Shown here in pieces: positions 24,076 through 36,910 of a stretch of 64,000 bases of DNA. Under the pieces are notes generated by a model that was not told the origin of the DNA, ran no database searches, and was given only the letters and a program-made list of their open reading frames with translations. Where the stretch lies: NCBI GenBank assembly GCA_030390025.1, contig CM059432.1, positions 20,090,001 to 20,154,000 of the forward strand, written 5' to 3'. Every line of letters begins with the position of its first letter. The first letter of the stretch is position 1. Made by a program: the position numbers and the translations under genes. The DNA is from Squalus acanthias (lineage: Eukaryota).

Positions 24076-26093
24076 CATAAGAACATAAGAAATAGGAGCA
24101 GGAGTAGGCCATTCGGCCCTTCGAGCCTGCTCCGCCATTCAATGAGATCATGGCTGATCATCTGCCTCAACTCCATTCATTGGCCCCATCGCCATATCCC
24201 TTGATGCCCTTACTAGTCAGAAATCTATCGACTTCTGTTTTGAACATACCCAATGACTGACCCACCACAGCCCTCTGGAGTAGAGAATTCCAAAGATTCA
24301 CCACCCTCTGTGTGAAGAAATTTCTTCTCATCTCAGTCCTGAATGGCCTACCCTTTATCTTGAGGCTGTGGCCCCTGGTTCTAGACTCCCCAGCCAAGGG
24401 AAACATTCTCCCAGCATCCACTCTATCAAGCCCTGTAATCATTTTGTATGCTTCAACGAGATCCCCTCTCATTCTTCTGAATTCAAGAGAATACAGGCCT
24501 CGTTTACTCAATCTCTTCTCATACGACAGTCCCGCCATCCCAGGAATCAATCTCGTGAACCTTCGTTGCACTCCCTCTATGGCAAGTATATCCTTTCTTA
24601 GGTAAGGAGACCAAAATTATACACAGTACTCCAGGTGTGGTCTCACCAAGGCCCTATATAATTGGAGTAAGACTTCTTTACTCCTGTACTCAAATCCTCT
24701 GGTAATGAAGGCCAGCATACCATTTGGCTTCCTAATGGCTTGCTGTACCTACACATTCACTTTCAGTGACTCATGTACAAGGACACCCAGGTTCCTTTGA
24801 GCATCTGCATTCCCCAATCTTTCACCATTTAGGAATACTCTGCCTTTCTGTTTTTTCTACCAAAGTGGATAACTTCACATTTATCCACATTATATTCCAT
24901 CTGCCATGTTCTCGCCCACGCACTGAGCCTGTTGAGATCCCCTTGAAGCCGCTTCACATCCTCTTCGCAACTGACACTTCCACCTAGCTTTGTATCATCA
25001 GCAAATTTGGAAATGTTACATTTAGTCCCCTCATCCAAATCATTGATATAGATTGTGAATAGCTGGGGCCCAAGCACTGATCCTTGCGGTACCCCACTAG
25101 TCACAGCCTGCCATCCTGAAAAAGACCCGTTTATCCCTACTCTTTGTTTTCTGTCTGTTAACCAATTCTCAATCCATGCTAGTATATTACCCCCAATTCC
25201 ATGTGCCCTAATTTTGTTCACCAACCTCTTGTGTGGGACCTTATCAAAGGCCTTCTGAAAATCCAGATACACCACATCTACCGATTCCCCTTTGTCTACA
25301 TCCTCAAAGAACTCCAATAGGTTTGTCAAACAGGATTTCCCTTTCATAAATCCATGTTGACTCTGCCCAATCTTACTATTAGTTTCTAAGTGCCCAGTTA
25401 TTGCATCCTTTATAATAGATTCCAGCATTTTCCCAACTACTGATGTGAGGCTAACAGGTCTGTAGTTCCCCGTTTTCTCTCTCCCTCCTTTCTTAAATGA
25501 CGGGGTTACATTTGCTATCCTCCAATCTGCAGGAACCGTTCCAGAATCTATAGAATTTTGGAAGATGACAACCAATGCGTCCACTATTCCAATGGCCACC
25601 TCTTTCAAAACCCTAGGATGTAGGTCATCCAGTCCTTGGGATTTATCGACTTTTATTCCCATTAATTTTGCTAGTACTGTTTTTTTACTAATAATAATTT
25701 CTTTAAGTTCCTCATTCCCTTGGTTTTTCTCGTATTTCTGGGAGGTTTTTTGTGTCTTCCTCCGTGAAGACAGAAACAAAGTATTTATTTAATTTCACTG
25801 CCATTTCCTCATTCCCCATTATAAATTCTCCCGTCTCTGACTGTAAAGGACCTACATTTACCTTCGCCAGTCTTTTCCTTTTCACATACCTATAGAAGCT
25901 TTTACAATCGGTTTTTATATTTTTCGCTAGTTTGTGCTCATATTCCATTTTCCCTTTCTTTATCAATTTCTTGGTCCCACTTTGCTGATTTCTAAAAAGA
26001 TCTCAACCCTTAGGCTGACCGCTTTTTCTGGCAACTTTATAAGCTTCCTCCTTTGACTTAATACTAGCTTTAATTTCTTTTGTTAGCCATGGT
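24076..26093 (-). mobile_element. CR1 LINE, 5'-truncated ~2 kb, disrupted RT
   Basis: ORFs 24829-25779 ([17 protein letters not shown]) and 24167-24571; (ttcttatg)n tail. Confidence 0.95.
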
Positions 26094-26109
26094 TAGCATC
26101 TACCTGTCC

Positions 26110-26262
26110 CATAAGAACATAAGAAATATGAGCAGGAGTAGGCCATTCGGCCCCTCGAGCCTGCTCCGCCATACAATAAGATCATGGCTGATCTGATCTT
26201 GGCCTCAACTCCACTTTCCTGCCTGCTCCCCATAACCCTTGATTCCCCTGTTTTTCAAAAAT
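26110..26262 (-). mobile_element. CR1 3' tail fragment
   Basis: cataagaacataagaaatatgagcaggagtaggccattcgg. Confidence 0.8.
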
Positions 26263-26361
26263 GCTGGAAACTCTAGCACTTGGCTGCCATCACAATTGCC
26301 CACGTGGAGGCAAGGGATAACTTTGGTAGCATAAAAAAAAATCAATAGGGCTTTCTGTTCA

Positions 26362-26498
26362 AAAAGCAAATAACTGCACACATTAGAAATCTGAAACCAA
26401 AACGGAAAACATGCGGGAAACTCAGCAGGTCAGACAGCATTCCTCGAAAAGATATGGAATAGTTGACCGTTTTAGGTATATCCCCATCCTCGGAACTG
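26362..26498 (-). mobile_element. Degraded Penelope pLTR (family A-like)
   Basis: aaaagcaaa...gaaatctgaaa...ctcagcaggtcagacagcat. Confidence 0.55.
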
Positions 26499-26583
26499 AA
26501 GGCTATTACAGATCAATGAAAAAAAAGTAACAGGCAGAGTTTTCAGTCCGTTATCTTGGGAGTAGCAGTAGATGCTCGCTCAA

Positions 26584-27365
26584 TTAATAATTTGAGATCA
26601 ATAGATTTTTGCTAGCCAAGGGTATTAAAGCATATGAAGCCAAGGCGGGTGGATGGAGTGAGGATACAGATCAGCCATGATCTCTCTTATTGAATGGTGG
26701 AACAGGCTCGAGGGGATGAATGGCCTACTCCTGTTCCAAGGAAGAATAAGGAGGCCACATACTCCTTGCAAAATAAGTGTCTAACAAAGCACTGGAGGTC
26801 ATTGCTAGAGGGATTGAATTGAAAAGCAGAGACGTTATGTTAAACTTGTATAGAACTTGGTTAGACCGCACTTGGAGTACTGTGAATAATTCTGATTTCC
26901 ATATTTTAAAAAGGATAGACAGGCACTGGAGAAGATGCAAAAAAGATTTACTTGAATGATACCAGAACTGAGAAGTTATACCTATCAGGAAAGATTGAAC
27001 AGGCTGTTAATTGCATTCAGCTGGTGTAGATCAATTGGGTGTTAATTGTATTCAAGTGGTGGGTATTAATCGGGGACTCTCTTGTGCTCATATATATAGT
27101 TTTAGGCAAGCTTATCTTGGGGGTGCACGGTATATAATATATAATCCGACTTTTTTACAGGCTGGGGCTCTTTTCTCTAGAAAAGAGAAGACTAAGGGGT
27201 GGCCTGATCGAGGTATTTAAGACTATGAAAGGTTTAAGAGGGTAGACGTAGAGAAGATGTTTCTATTTGCGGGGGAGGAGACTCATGTGTAGCATAAACA
27301 CAGGCATGGACCCGTTGGGCTGAATGGCCTGTTTCTGTGCTGTAAATACTATGTATTACTATGTA
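26584..27365 (+). mobile_element. CR1 fragments (3' end, then an ORF2 piece interrupted by a 150-bp insert)
   Basis: IARGIELKSRDVMLNLYRT; aagattgaacaggctg|insert|acaggctggggctcttttctctag. Confidence 0.75.
27007..27156. mobile_element. Unclassified 150-bp insertion with 8-bp TSD
   Basis: acaggctg duplicated at 26999-27006 and 27157-27164; CR1 sequence is continuous across the insert. Confidence 0.7.
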
Positions 27366-28159
27366 ATGTTCCTTTATTCCACCGAAGAGCCGGCACAGGC
27401 ACGATGGGCCGAATGGCCTCCTTCTGTGCTGCCTCATTCTATGATTCTGTGAAAAACCTAGCACCTCCAACAACGCAGCGCTCATTCAGTGCTACACTGG
27501 AGTGTCAACCTGCAATTATACATTCAAGTCCTGGCATAGGCTGAGAAATTGCGTTACTATCAACTGAGCCAACCTGGCGAAGGAAAGGGGAGAAAAGTAG
27601 CAGAGAAAAAGCTGCCTACAAGGATCACTCTGAAATACTTCAAAACGGGGGGGGGCGGATTCTGGTGGGTCGTACAATACACCTAAACTTGTTATGACCG
27701 TTTTGCAGTACAGCTATGTAAATTAAAAGACCCAAATGCAGTGGGGAATTACGTGAGAAATAGCTTCAAGCCAAAAATATAAGGAAGCACAGCATGTGTA
27801 TTTGTTCCTTTCTGGCAGAAGAGCCGTCACAGACAAAAAGAACTGAATTAAACTGACAGATTGCATTGTACGGCTGTACTCGGTAATTATCCTGCCCAGA
27901 CCTGTCACTGCAGCTGACACAATATAACTGACGGGGATACTACAGATTAAAAATTTACTCACCCCCTTCTTTTAAAAATCCAGTTAAGCAAGAAAACCGG
28001 TGAAGCAGAAAACGACGGTCAAACACAACAAATTTTAAAGAAGGGTTTGTTTTCCTCAGGTTAGCAAGAAAGTTGGACAAAATATAAAGCAGGGAAACCC
28101 ATTTTATACTCATTCCAACCTGTTCATTAATATCATCTGACAGAGGAAAATATATTCAC

Positions 28160-28322
28160 ATAACTTTCAAAAGGGAATTGGATCTCTATTTAAAGAGGAA
28201 AAATGTGCAGGGCCGTGGGGAAAGAGCAAGGGAGAGGCGCTAATTGGAAGCTCTTTCAGAGAGCCGGAACAGGCATGATGGACCGAATGGCCACCTTCTG
28301 TTCTGTAAGATTCTACGATTCC
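28160..28322 (+). mobile_element. CR1 3' tail fragment
   Basis: tttcaaaagggaattggat...gccggaacaggcatgatggaccgaatggcc; similar tails at 30763-30922 and 56842-57004. Confidence 0.75.
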
Positions 28323-29002
28323 AAGATCGAAACTTTCTTTTTCTTCCCCTTCTATAAAGGTACTGACTCAAGTTCGGGTACAGTTCCACAACCACCGCAG
28401 CCCTTAGGCACCTCATCAAAGTAGACTTTCTTCATGTTTGAGTCCAGCACGTTCATGTGTAGAGATCCAGTAAATGAAGCCTATCTGTCTTTTCTCCCTC
28501 CATAATTCAGGTATGTTGGGGCCAATAGAAGGACCATTACCTCTATCGGGACTGAGATCAGAAAACTTAGCAGAGTGGGATCAAAATGGGTCCATGTATC
28601 TCAACGCACACTGGGAAGAGGACTTACCAAGGTAGGCACTGGAGAACCCTCTACGTATCAGTGCCTGGGAGAAGCCAGTCAGGCAGCCTGCTTCTGGAAG
28701 TCTGGCCTGTACATCAGCAGGAGGATTGAAATAAAAAGTGCAAAAACAAACTTGTTTTTCCACTGAGTTGTGGAAGTTACTTTCCATTGCTCCCAGTGTT
28801 AAAAATAAATACAGAAGTTTTGACTTTTTTTGACCTGTTCCTTTCTTCATTCATGCAAAAAGTGCTCTCAACAAATCAATGTTAAACCAAGTTGTATGCT
28901 AAAGATCCTATGGCACTATTTGAAGAACAACGAGTTGTCCTAGTTATCTTGGTTAACATTCCTCCGTCTACCATCACCAGAAAAAAAACATATTTATCTC
29001 AT

Positions 29003-29134
29003 ACAAAAGCAAGATACTGCGGGCGCTGGAAATCTGAAATAAAAACTGAAAATGCTGGAAATACTCAGCAGATCAGGCAGCATCTGTGGAGAGAGACAGA
29101 GTCAACGTTTCAGGTCAATGACCCTTCATCAGAA
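29003..29134 (-). mobile_element. Penelope-derived short insert (family A)
   Basis: Flanked by ctcat at 28998-29002 and 29135-29139; matches 8619-8760. Confidence 0.8.
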
Positions 29135-29136
29135 CT
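29100..29136 (-). ncRNA. Minimal type-I hammerhead ribozyme motif
   Basis: AGTT-CTGATGA-A-GGGTC-ATT-GACCT-GAAA-CG-TT-GACT; palindromic ACGT at stem III. Confidence 0.7.
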
Positions 29137-29426
29137 CATTGTTGCTTGTGGGACATTGCTGGTGCACAACAAAAGTTACTGCACTCCAAAAGGAACTCAT
29201 TGCATGAAGCGCTTTCAGGCATATTGATGAGATAAGACACTATTTAAATTTCAGTATAATATATTAATAATACTAATCACCTGGTAGGTGGTTGACAGTA
29301 GCATATCTCTCTGGAAATGCACCTAACCTTTTTCTCCATCTCTCTTCAAGCACATCAACCCATCTGTCAGCTTGTTAGCATTTCACAAGAAGAATCTGAT
29401 TTTTCACTGGGATTGGAGGTTGTCAG

Positions 29427-29928
29427 TATCAACCAGTTAGAACAGTTTGAAGGCGGGATCGAAGCCTGCCAAAACCAGACTGGTTGGCGGGTGGAACTGA
29501 ATGCTGTTCGAGGCAGATTATTGTATCAAACTGGTATTAAAAAAAGTGAATGGAAATAAAGAGAGAAAGGTCGCCAAGCCCAAATGGTAGCAAGGAGCTA
29601 GCAGAGGCCCTAAGCATAATTTCTTTTAACGGGATGAGGTAAGCCTTCGCTAACTTTTGAAAATGCACTAGAGAAAAAACTAGAGGGGTGTTAGAGCAAG
29701 TTCTTCGGAATTCGACAAGGCTTGCCGAGCCGATCCAATCGAGCTCGAAATCTGTGACGTGGTGAATTCTCTTAGTATTGGTTACCTTTCTCTCTTCATT
29801 TCCATTCACTTTTTTTAATACCAGTTTGATACAATAATCTGCCTCTAACAGCATTCAGTCCCACCCGCCAACCAGTCTGGTTTTGGCAGGCTTCGATCCC
29901 GCCTTCAAACTGTTCTAATTGGTTGATA
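29427..29928. repeat. Foldback / long-TIR element: 151-bp inverted arms around a 200-bp spacer
   Basis: 29427-29577 is the reverse complement of 29778-29928 with about 6 mismatches and no gaps; TA at both outer ends. Confidence 0.9.
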
Positions 29929-30289
29929 TCATTGTATGTGTGTAATTGTTGGTACCAATAGTTATCAATGTATGCTTAATTCCTATGAAAGCCAATAAAT
30001 GCCTTTGGACCCTATTATCTTGTGGAATGACTTACACATTTATAAGTAAGAAGTCCATTCCCTGACAACTTGAAAAGGAATACTGGGAAAGACATTACAG
30101 TAGGTAGTCCAGTTGAAGAGCTAGCACAAGCACAGACAGACGGACCAAATGGCCGCCTTCTACACTGTCATTCCTATAACTCTGCGTCAGCTGGAAGGTA
30201 GACTGGAGCCTTTCAGAATAAATCTTACTTTTTCCCACAGTCAGTTGTGCACACATTTGATGCAGAACTGTTTATTTTAATTTTTTTTT

Positions 30290-30700
30290 TATTCGTTTAT
30301 GGGATGTGGGTGTCGCTGGCAAGGCCAGCATTTATTGCCCATCCCTAATTGCCCTTGAGAAGGTGGTGGTGAGCCGGCTTCTTGAACTGCTACAGTCCGT
30401 GTGGCGAAGGTACTCCCACAGTACCGTTAGCGAAGGAGTTCCAGGCATTTGACCCAGTGATGATGAAGGAACGGCGATATATGTCCAAATCAGGATGGTG
30501 TGTGACTTGGAGGGGAACTTGGAGGTGGTGCGCCTGCTGCCCTTGTCCTTCTAGGTGGACGAGGTCGCGGATTTGGGAGGTGCTGCCGAAGAAGCCTTGG
30601 CGAGTTGCTGCAATACATCTTGTAGATGGTACACACTGCAGCCACAGTGCGCCGGTGGTGGAGGGAGTGGATGTTTAAGGTGATGGATGGGGTGCCAATC
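30290..30700 (-). mobile_element. CR1-like LINE (family B) 3' fragment
   Basis: IGTPSITLNIHSLHHRRTVAAVCTIYKM; same 3' UTR as 6789-7357. Confidence 0.85.
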
Positions 30701-31781
30701 ACCAATTTCAGCGGATGGTTTCAGAGGGATGTCATACCAACATGTTAAACATTCAATTGTAACTTTCAAAACAAAATTGGTTAAATACTTGAAAGGGAAA
30801 AAGTTGCAGGGTTATGTAGAAAGAGCAAGGGAGTGGGACTAAATGGACAGCTTTTTCAAAGAGCTGGCACAGGCATGTTGAGCTAAATGAGCTCCTTCTG
30901 TGCTGTATCATTCTATGATTCTAAGCCTTTATCCACTATTACCAACAGCAGTAATTTCTAGCCTTGTGTATTTCAAGTTTTTAAAAACAGAAAATGTTTT
31001 AAAAGTACAGAAGGTTGATTAATGTCTAAAATCAGAAGAGCGGTCAATGTTCGGATGTTACCCTTCACTGGAACACGGGTAAAATTGTCTTACCTTTATC
31101 CCTTCTGAAGCTAATTTAAAAATAATAATTGCTGATTTCAAATAGTTAAATCTTCATACTCTCGATCAGGTCTGAAAAGGAGAATTACAGTAGACTTCAA
31201 AATGCCAGAATGCTCACCAAATAAAGTATCAAAAATCAATATTTTCCAGGGAAACTTGCTCTTAGAACCCTTTTCTCCCAAAACTAAATCTCCCACCTTC
31301 AGCATTCTCAGCCCCCTTCACTCATTTCTAAAAGCACCACTGCTGCAAATTATACTTTTGTGTACTTTAGGATTTTTCTCTGCAAGAACAAAATGGAATG
31401 CTTTGTATTGTAAGCTTCTAACAATTTCAGTTTAAAACCTTGTCTTGAGATGCAACAAAGACTGTGTTCAGGGCCAATTTTGAACTGTCGGCTTTTAAAA
31501 AAAAAAAGTTATTCAGCTTTTGAGAGTTTTCCAGCTTGGACTTGTCCCCAGGCTCTGTCTGAGAATCTTTCGATCTTTCTAGATGCACAGGTAGTTCAAC
31601 TGCAAAACTAACTGTGAAATACTGTATGAATGTGTCTGGAATGTGTCAATGTACAGAGTGAACCTTGCTTTGCAGCTGTGGGCAGAATAGAGATCTTGCA
31701 CTGTGATTTTGTTACTTGTTTTTACTGCAGTAAATCACTTTTCTCTCATCGCAATAGGAATTTCTAGATGGGAAAAGACCA

Positions 31782-32842
31782 TCAAATTCGCTAAAGTTGA
31801 AGCTCATGAAATTGAAGGCAAATTATTGACCTGGTTGGGAAACTGACAGAGAGTAGGAATAATGGGCAGGTACTCTAATTGGCAGGATTTACTGGTGGTG
31901 TCCCACAAGGATCTGTGTTGGGGCCTCAACTATTCACAACTTAGATGATATGATAGAGAGCCACACATCCAAGTTTGCCGAAGACACAAAGATAGGCAAC
32001 ATTTTTAAGCAGTGCAGATGGAAGCATAAAATTACAAAGTGATATTAATAGATTTAAGTGAATGGGCAAAACTGTGGCAAATGGATTTCAAAATAGGCAA
32101 GTGTCAGGTCATCCACTTTGGACCTATGAAAGGATAGATCAGAGTACTTTCTAAATAGTGAAAAGCTAGAAACAGTGGATGTCCAAAGAGACTTAGAGGT
32201 CCATGTACATAGATCATAAAATGTCATGGACAGGTACAAAAAATAATCAAAAATGCTAATGGAATGCTGGCCTTTATATCTAGAGGACTAGAATACAAGG
32301 GGTTGGAAGTTATGCTACAGCTATACAAAGCCCTAGTTAGACCACACCTGGAGTACTGTGTTCAGTTCTGGGCACCACACCTTAGGAATGAGATACTGGC
32401 CTTGGAGGGAGTGCAGTGTAGATTTACCAGAATGATACCGGGACTCCAAGGGTTAAATTACGAGGAGCGATTATACAAACTAGGGTTGTATTCCCTGCAA
32501 TTTAGAAGTTTAAGGGGTGATTTAATCGAACTTTTCAAGATATTAAGAGGAACTGATAGGGTAGGTAGAGAGAAACTACTTACGCTGGTTGAGGACTAGG
32601 ACACATAGCCTAAAAATTAGAGCCAGATCTTTCAGGAGTGAAGTTAGGAAACACTTCTACACACAAAGAGTGGTCGAAATTTGGAACTCTCTTCCGCAAA
32701 CGGCAGTTAAGCTAGGTCAATTGTTAATGTTAAATCCAAGATTGATAGATTTTTTTTAACCAAAGGTATTAAGGGATATGGGGCAAAGGCTCTCATTGAA
32801 TGACGGAACAAGCTCGAGGGGCTAAATGGCCTACTCCTGTTC
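31782..32842 (+). mobile_element. CR1 LINE 3' ~1 kb, disrupted
   Basis: [29 protein letters not shown]; 3' hairpin ctcgaggggctaaatggcctactcctg. Confidence 0.9.
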
Positions 32843-33766
32843 CATCCAGTTCCCCTTCTACCATCCTGGTAATCGCATGATAGAATGCAGTTGTTGACTA
32901 CTGATGGCAATCAATCTCTATCAATTAGTTTACAACAGACCCAGACATGATGCGAGGAAAACCCTCCGTGGTGGAGCACTTTGGGAACCACAGGTCCAAA
33001 GTCACCTGTCATCCCAAGCATGCTCCACTCACCAAAATAAAGAAAAAAATAAACTGAAGGAAGTCAGTGGCTGCAACAGGAATTCCATCTACCACATCAG
33101 TCATGCCAAGCAACCACACTGGTGAATGTGTCGCGACAGCCTCCTCCTTCTGTAAAAAAAAACTTGTTTGACCTTACAGCAAATGCAGTTTCGAGCACCT
33201 GCATCTTTCCTCAATTTGATACCGAACCGAAAGCTTTCATCTTAAACGCAAGAATACAGTTTGCCATAATGGCTCCCATTTGCTATAAACACCTAAATAG
33301 CAGGCCTTAAGTGAGGCTTCTGAGATACATCCAGAATAAAAATCTGAAATGGTTCACAAATTAGCACAGTGACAGAGAGAAAAAGACAACCGTGAATACT
33401 GAAATAAAACAGAAAAAGCACAATCATCTGAAAGTGAAAGGTTGACATTTTGTTACATGAAAGGAAGGTTAGAAAGAAAGACTTGCACTTGTATAGCACC
33501 ATTCATGACCTCAGGACTTCCCAAAGCGCTTTACAACCAATGGAGTACTTTTGACGTGTAAGCACTATTGTAATGTAGGAAACGCGGCAGCCAATTTGCA
33601 CATACCTTGTCCCATAATTAGTAATAATGAGCAGATGATCTGTTTTTTTTGTGAAGTTAGTTGAGTGATAAATGGCGGCCAGGGCACCACCCCAAGCACT
33701 AGTCCATCGTTTCTCTTCCAGATACTGACAAACCCGCTGTTTATTTACATCACACTTTCTGATGTA

Positions 33767-34191
33767 CAGGAAACTTTCGTTTATCCGGCATCGACGGGAC
33801 CGGCGTGGTGCCGGTTTATCGAAAGTACCGGATAACAGAGAGTTATATCTACCGAGGCTATTTTTAACAAAGAGACTCCAAGCAGCACGGGAGAATCTAC
33901 TCATGCTACTGCAATGTTTCGGACTTGCGACAGCGCCAGGAGGCCGAGTAGTGGCACTTTTGAAAAGTACCCCTACTGACTAAATCGGCGTTCGCGGACT
34001 CAGACTCGGACTCGGGATCGGCAACATTGCCGGTTATTTGAGAGGATTTTTCGGAGCACTCGGCGTTCGCGGAGACTCGACTGCGACTCGGCAACATTGC
34101 CGGTTATTTGAGAGGAGTTTTCGGAGGATGATTTTTGCCGGTTAAGCGAGAATTCCGGATATTTGGGTGCCGGATAAACGAAAGTTTCCTG
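33767..34191. mobile_element. pogo/Tigger-like (Tc1/mariner) MITE, copy 1 (425 bp)
   Basis: Perfect 24-bp TIR caggaaactttcgtttatccggca; TA on both flanks; subterminal TIR-like repeats. Confidence 0.88.
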
Positions 34192-35340
34192 TACATCGAC
34201 TTGCACTTGCAGATTTTGGGTATATCTTGTGGGAAACTAGTTTCATGTGGGCAGTCACTCTTCAGAGAGCCCAGTCCACGTGAGCATTAATGCCAGTAAG
34301 GACGCGACGGCTGCCCATTAAGTGTCTCTTTCGCCGTTGCTACTGTAAGTGATTCTGGCCACTACACACAGTGGGTAGGAATTCTTGCAAGATCGCACAT
34401 CATTTACAGCTGCTGCATGACTGGATTATTTGAAAACCTAAGTGTCTCGTCAACCAATCAATTGCGAAGTATAGAATAGTTTTAAACTATGCATAGTTCT
34501 TAATTGAAAAAATTCAACATTTTAAAGGAAAGCACACTCCTGGACCTCTTCCCCCTTCCAGAAATGCCACAGTTGATGCAGTTCGAAGGAGTGTGCACAT
34601 TTTTATGTTTGATGCCTATAGCTCTGACTGGGATAAATCTTTGGTCATCAAAAGTGACCTATTTGCCACTAGTTATTATTTTTCTTTGACAAAGAAAATT
34701 AATTAGCTCTTCTCTTTCCCTCCCAGCAATAGATCTTGTGCTGCTACTGGGAGAAAGGAGAACTAAAATATATTTTAAAAAAGTAATTACTTCCCAAATG
34801 GCAAAGAGATATCAATAAAATTGAGTGGAAATCCCTTTCTAGATAAAAAAAAAGCAATGGCCACGTCCATTGTAGATTCCAAAATACTGGAAAATGCATC
34901 AATTAATAACTCTCAAAATATGACATTCCCCAAATTCCCACCTCTCCCGAGAAAATAATGTGGCTTCAACATTTGGATTTCTCTTTCGTGGACTTATGTC
35001 ATATTTTCTCTCTGAAATACAAGTGAAGGAAGTTGGGTATATAACTGAAATTACAAGCCTGTACGTCACTGCACTTTCAAAGTAAATACTAATGCAACAG
35101 ACTAATTGGATAGCACTTTCAAAGATCCTGTACAGGTGCGATGGGCCAAACAGCCTCCTTCTGAGCTGTATGATTCTATGACTTAGATTCCTTGCGAGTC
35201 ACCTTTGTTTTGATGAGGTTGCTACTTTCTAGCACAGAATTTATTTTTCAGTACATTACAGTGAGAATGATAGTGGGATAGGACGTAATACAATGCTGAA
35301 AGATGGAATTCAGGGTTGTAGAATGGAATGCAGTGTTATA

Positions 35341-35759
35341 CAAGAAACTTTCGTTTATCCGGCATCGACGGGACCGGCGTGGTGCCGGTTTATCGAAAGT
35401 ACCGGATAACAGAGAGTTATATCTACCGAGGCTATTTTTAACAAAGAGACTCCAAGCAGCACAGGAGAATCTACTCATGCTACTGCAATGTTTCGGACTT
35501 GCGACAGCGCCAGGAGGCCGAGTAGTGGCACTTTTGAAAAGTACCCCTACTGACTAAATCGGCGTTCTCGGACTCGGACTCGGGATCGGCAACATTGCCG
35601 GTTATTTGAGAGGATTTTTCGGAGCACTCGGCGTTCGCGGAGACTCGACTGCGACTCGGCAACATTGCCGGTTATTTGAGAGGAGTTTTCGGAGGATGAT
35701 TTTTGCCGGTTAAGCGAGAATTCCGGATATTTGGGTGCCGGATAAACAAAAGTTTCCTG
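35341..35759. mobile_element. pogo/Tigger-like MITE, copy 2 (419 bp)
   Basis: Same sequence as copy 1 apart from about 4 substitutions and a 6-bp indel; TA flanks. Confidence 0.88.
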
Positions 35760-36168
35760 TAGAATGCAATACATTCCCTCGCTTTGTACAGAGATAGGAT
35801 CAAGCAATGTTAGCCAACAACACATGAGCCATTGGCCACACGTAATATAGAATTCTCCCTCTATAACTCCAACAATACTTTCAAACCCATTCTCAGAGGT
35901 TGGAATATGTAAAAGTTTGTGCCAATGACTTATTAAGAAGGGCCTTATCTCTTTTCAATGTTGTGAATAGTCCTTTTTAAATCAGCCTCAGAAAAGCAAT
36001 GGTAATATATTTTAATATTATAGTCGGCTCAGAAGTCAAAACTATGCATGACACCATGTAATTGTTTATCATTCAACGTATAAAATATGCTTAACATATC
36101 TTTTTTAACTCTTAGATTGCCTGTGATAAATTAACTCATCAGACTGCAATCAGATCATTAACAAGTTA

Positions 36169-36576
36169 ACATACATAGGATATACGGCACAGAAACAGGC
36201 CATTTCGGCCCAACCAGTCCATGCCGGCGTTTATGCTCCACATGAGCCTCCTCCCGCCTGTCCTCATCTAAATCTATCAGCATAACCCTCTATTCCCTTC
36301 TCCCTCATATGCTTGTCTAGCCTCCCCTTAAATGCATCTATACTATTCGCTTCAACCTCTCCTTGTGGTAGCGAGTTCCACATTCTCACCACTCTTTGGG
36401 TAAAGAAGTTTCTTCTGAATTCCCTATTGGATTTCTTATTGACTATCTTATATTGATGGCCTCTAGTTATGCTCTTCCCCACAAGTGGAAACACTCTCTC
36501 TGTATCCACTCTATCAACATTTTTCATAATTTTAAAGACCTCTATTAGGTCACCCCTCAGCCTTCTTGTTTCAAGA
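36169..36576 (-). mobile_element. CR1 3' fragment
   Basis: ORF 36264-36527 RRNFFTQRVVRMWNSLP. Confidence 0.88.
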
Positions 36577-36729
36577 AAGGTGGCTGAGGGTACTACTTGT
36601 AGAACAGTAGCACCTCCCCTTTAAAAGTGTTGAAGAAGAACACAGAAGACTTCTGGGTGTCCATTGGCTGAAAGAATATTTTTCAGAGCTGTTTTTCAAT
36701 CAATCATAGGGCCATATTTTTGTTTCGCT

Positions 36730-36910
36730 TATCTCAGTTTCGAAGCACTCTCATCTCTAAATCAGAAACGTTGCAGATTCAAACCCAACTGCAGAACTTC
36801 AGTATATAATCTCAGCTGACACAAAGGAATACTGCATTGTTGGATGAGAGGTCAAAGCAACGCCCCATTTGCCTACTCCAGGAATTCAAGTGGGCATTAA
36901 AGATCCCACC
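36730..36910 (+). mobile_element. Degraded DeuSINE 5' part (tRNA-like head)
   Basis: agcactctcatctctaaatcagaa..gattcaaaccc..ataatctcagctgacac..aaagatcccac. Confidence 0.5.

Larger units (their letters stand above)
28880..29246 (+). mobile_element. Degraded DeuSINE interrupted by a Penelope insert
   Basis: aaagatcctatggcactatttgaagaa ... ctcattgttgcttgtgggacattgct. Confidence 0.6.

Noticed and set aside
33503..35825. Duplicated short ORFs suggesting a gene duplication
   Set aside because: They are translations of the two MITE copies
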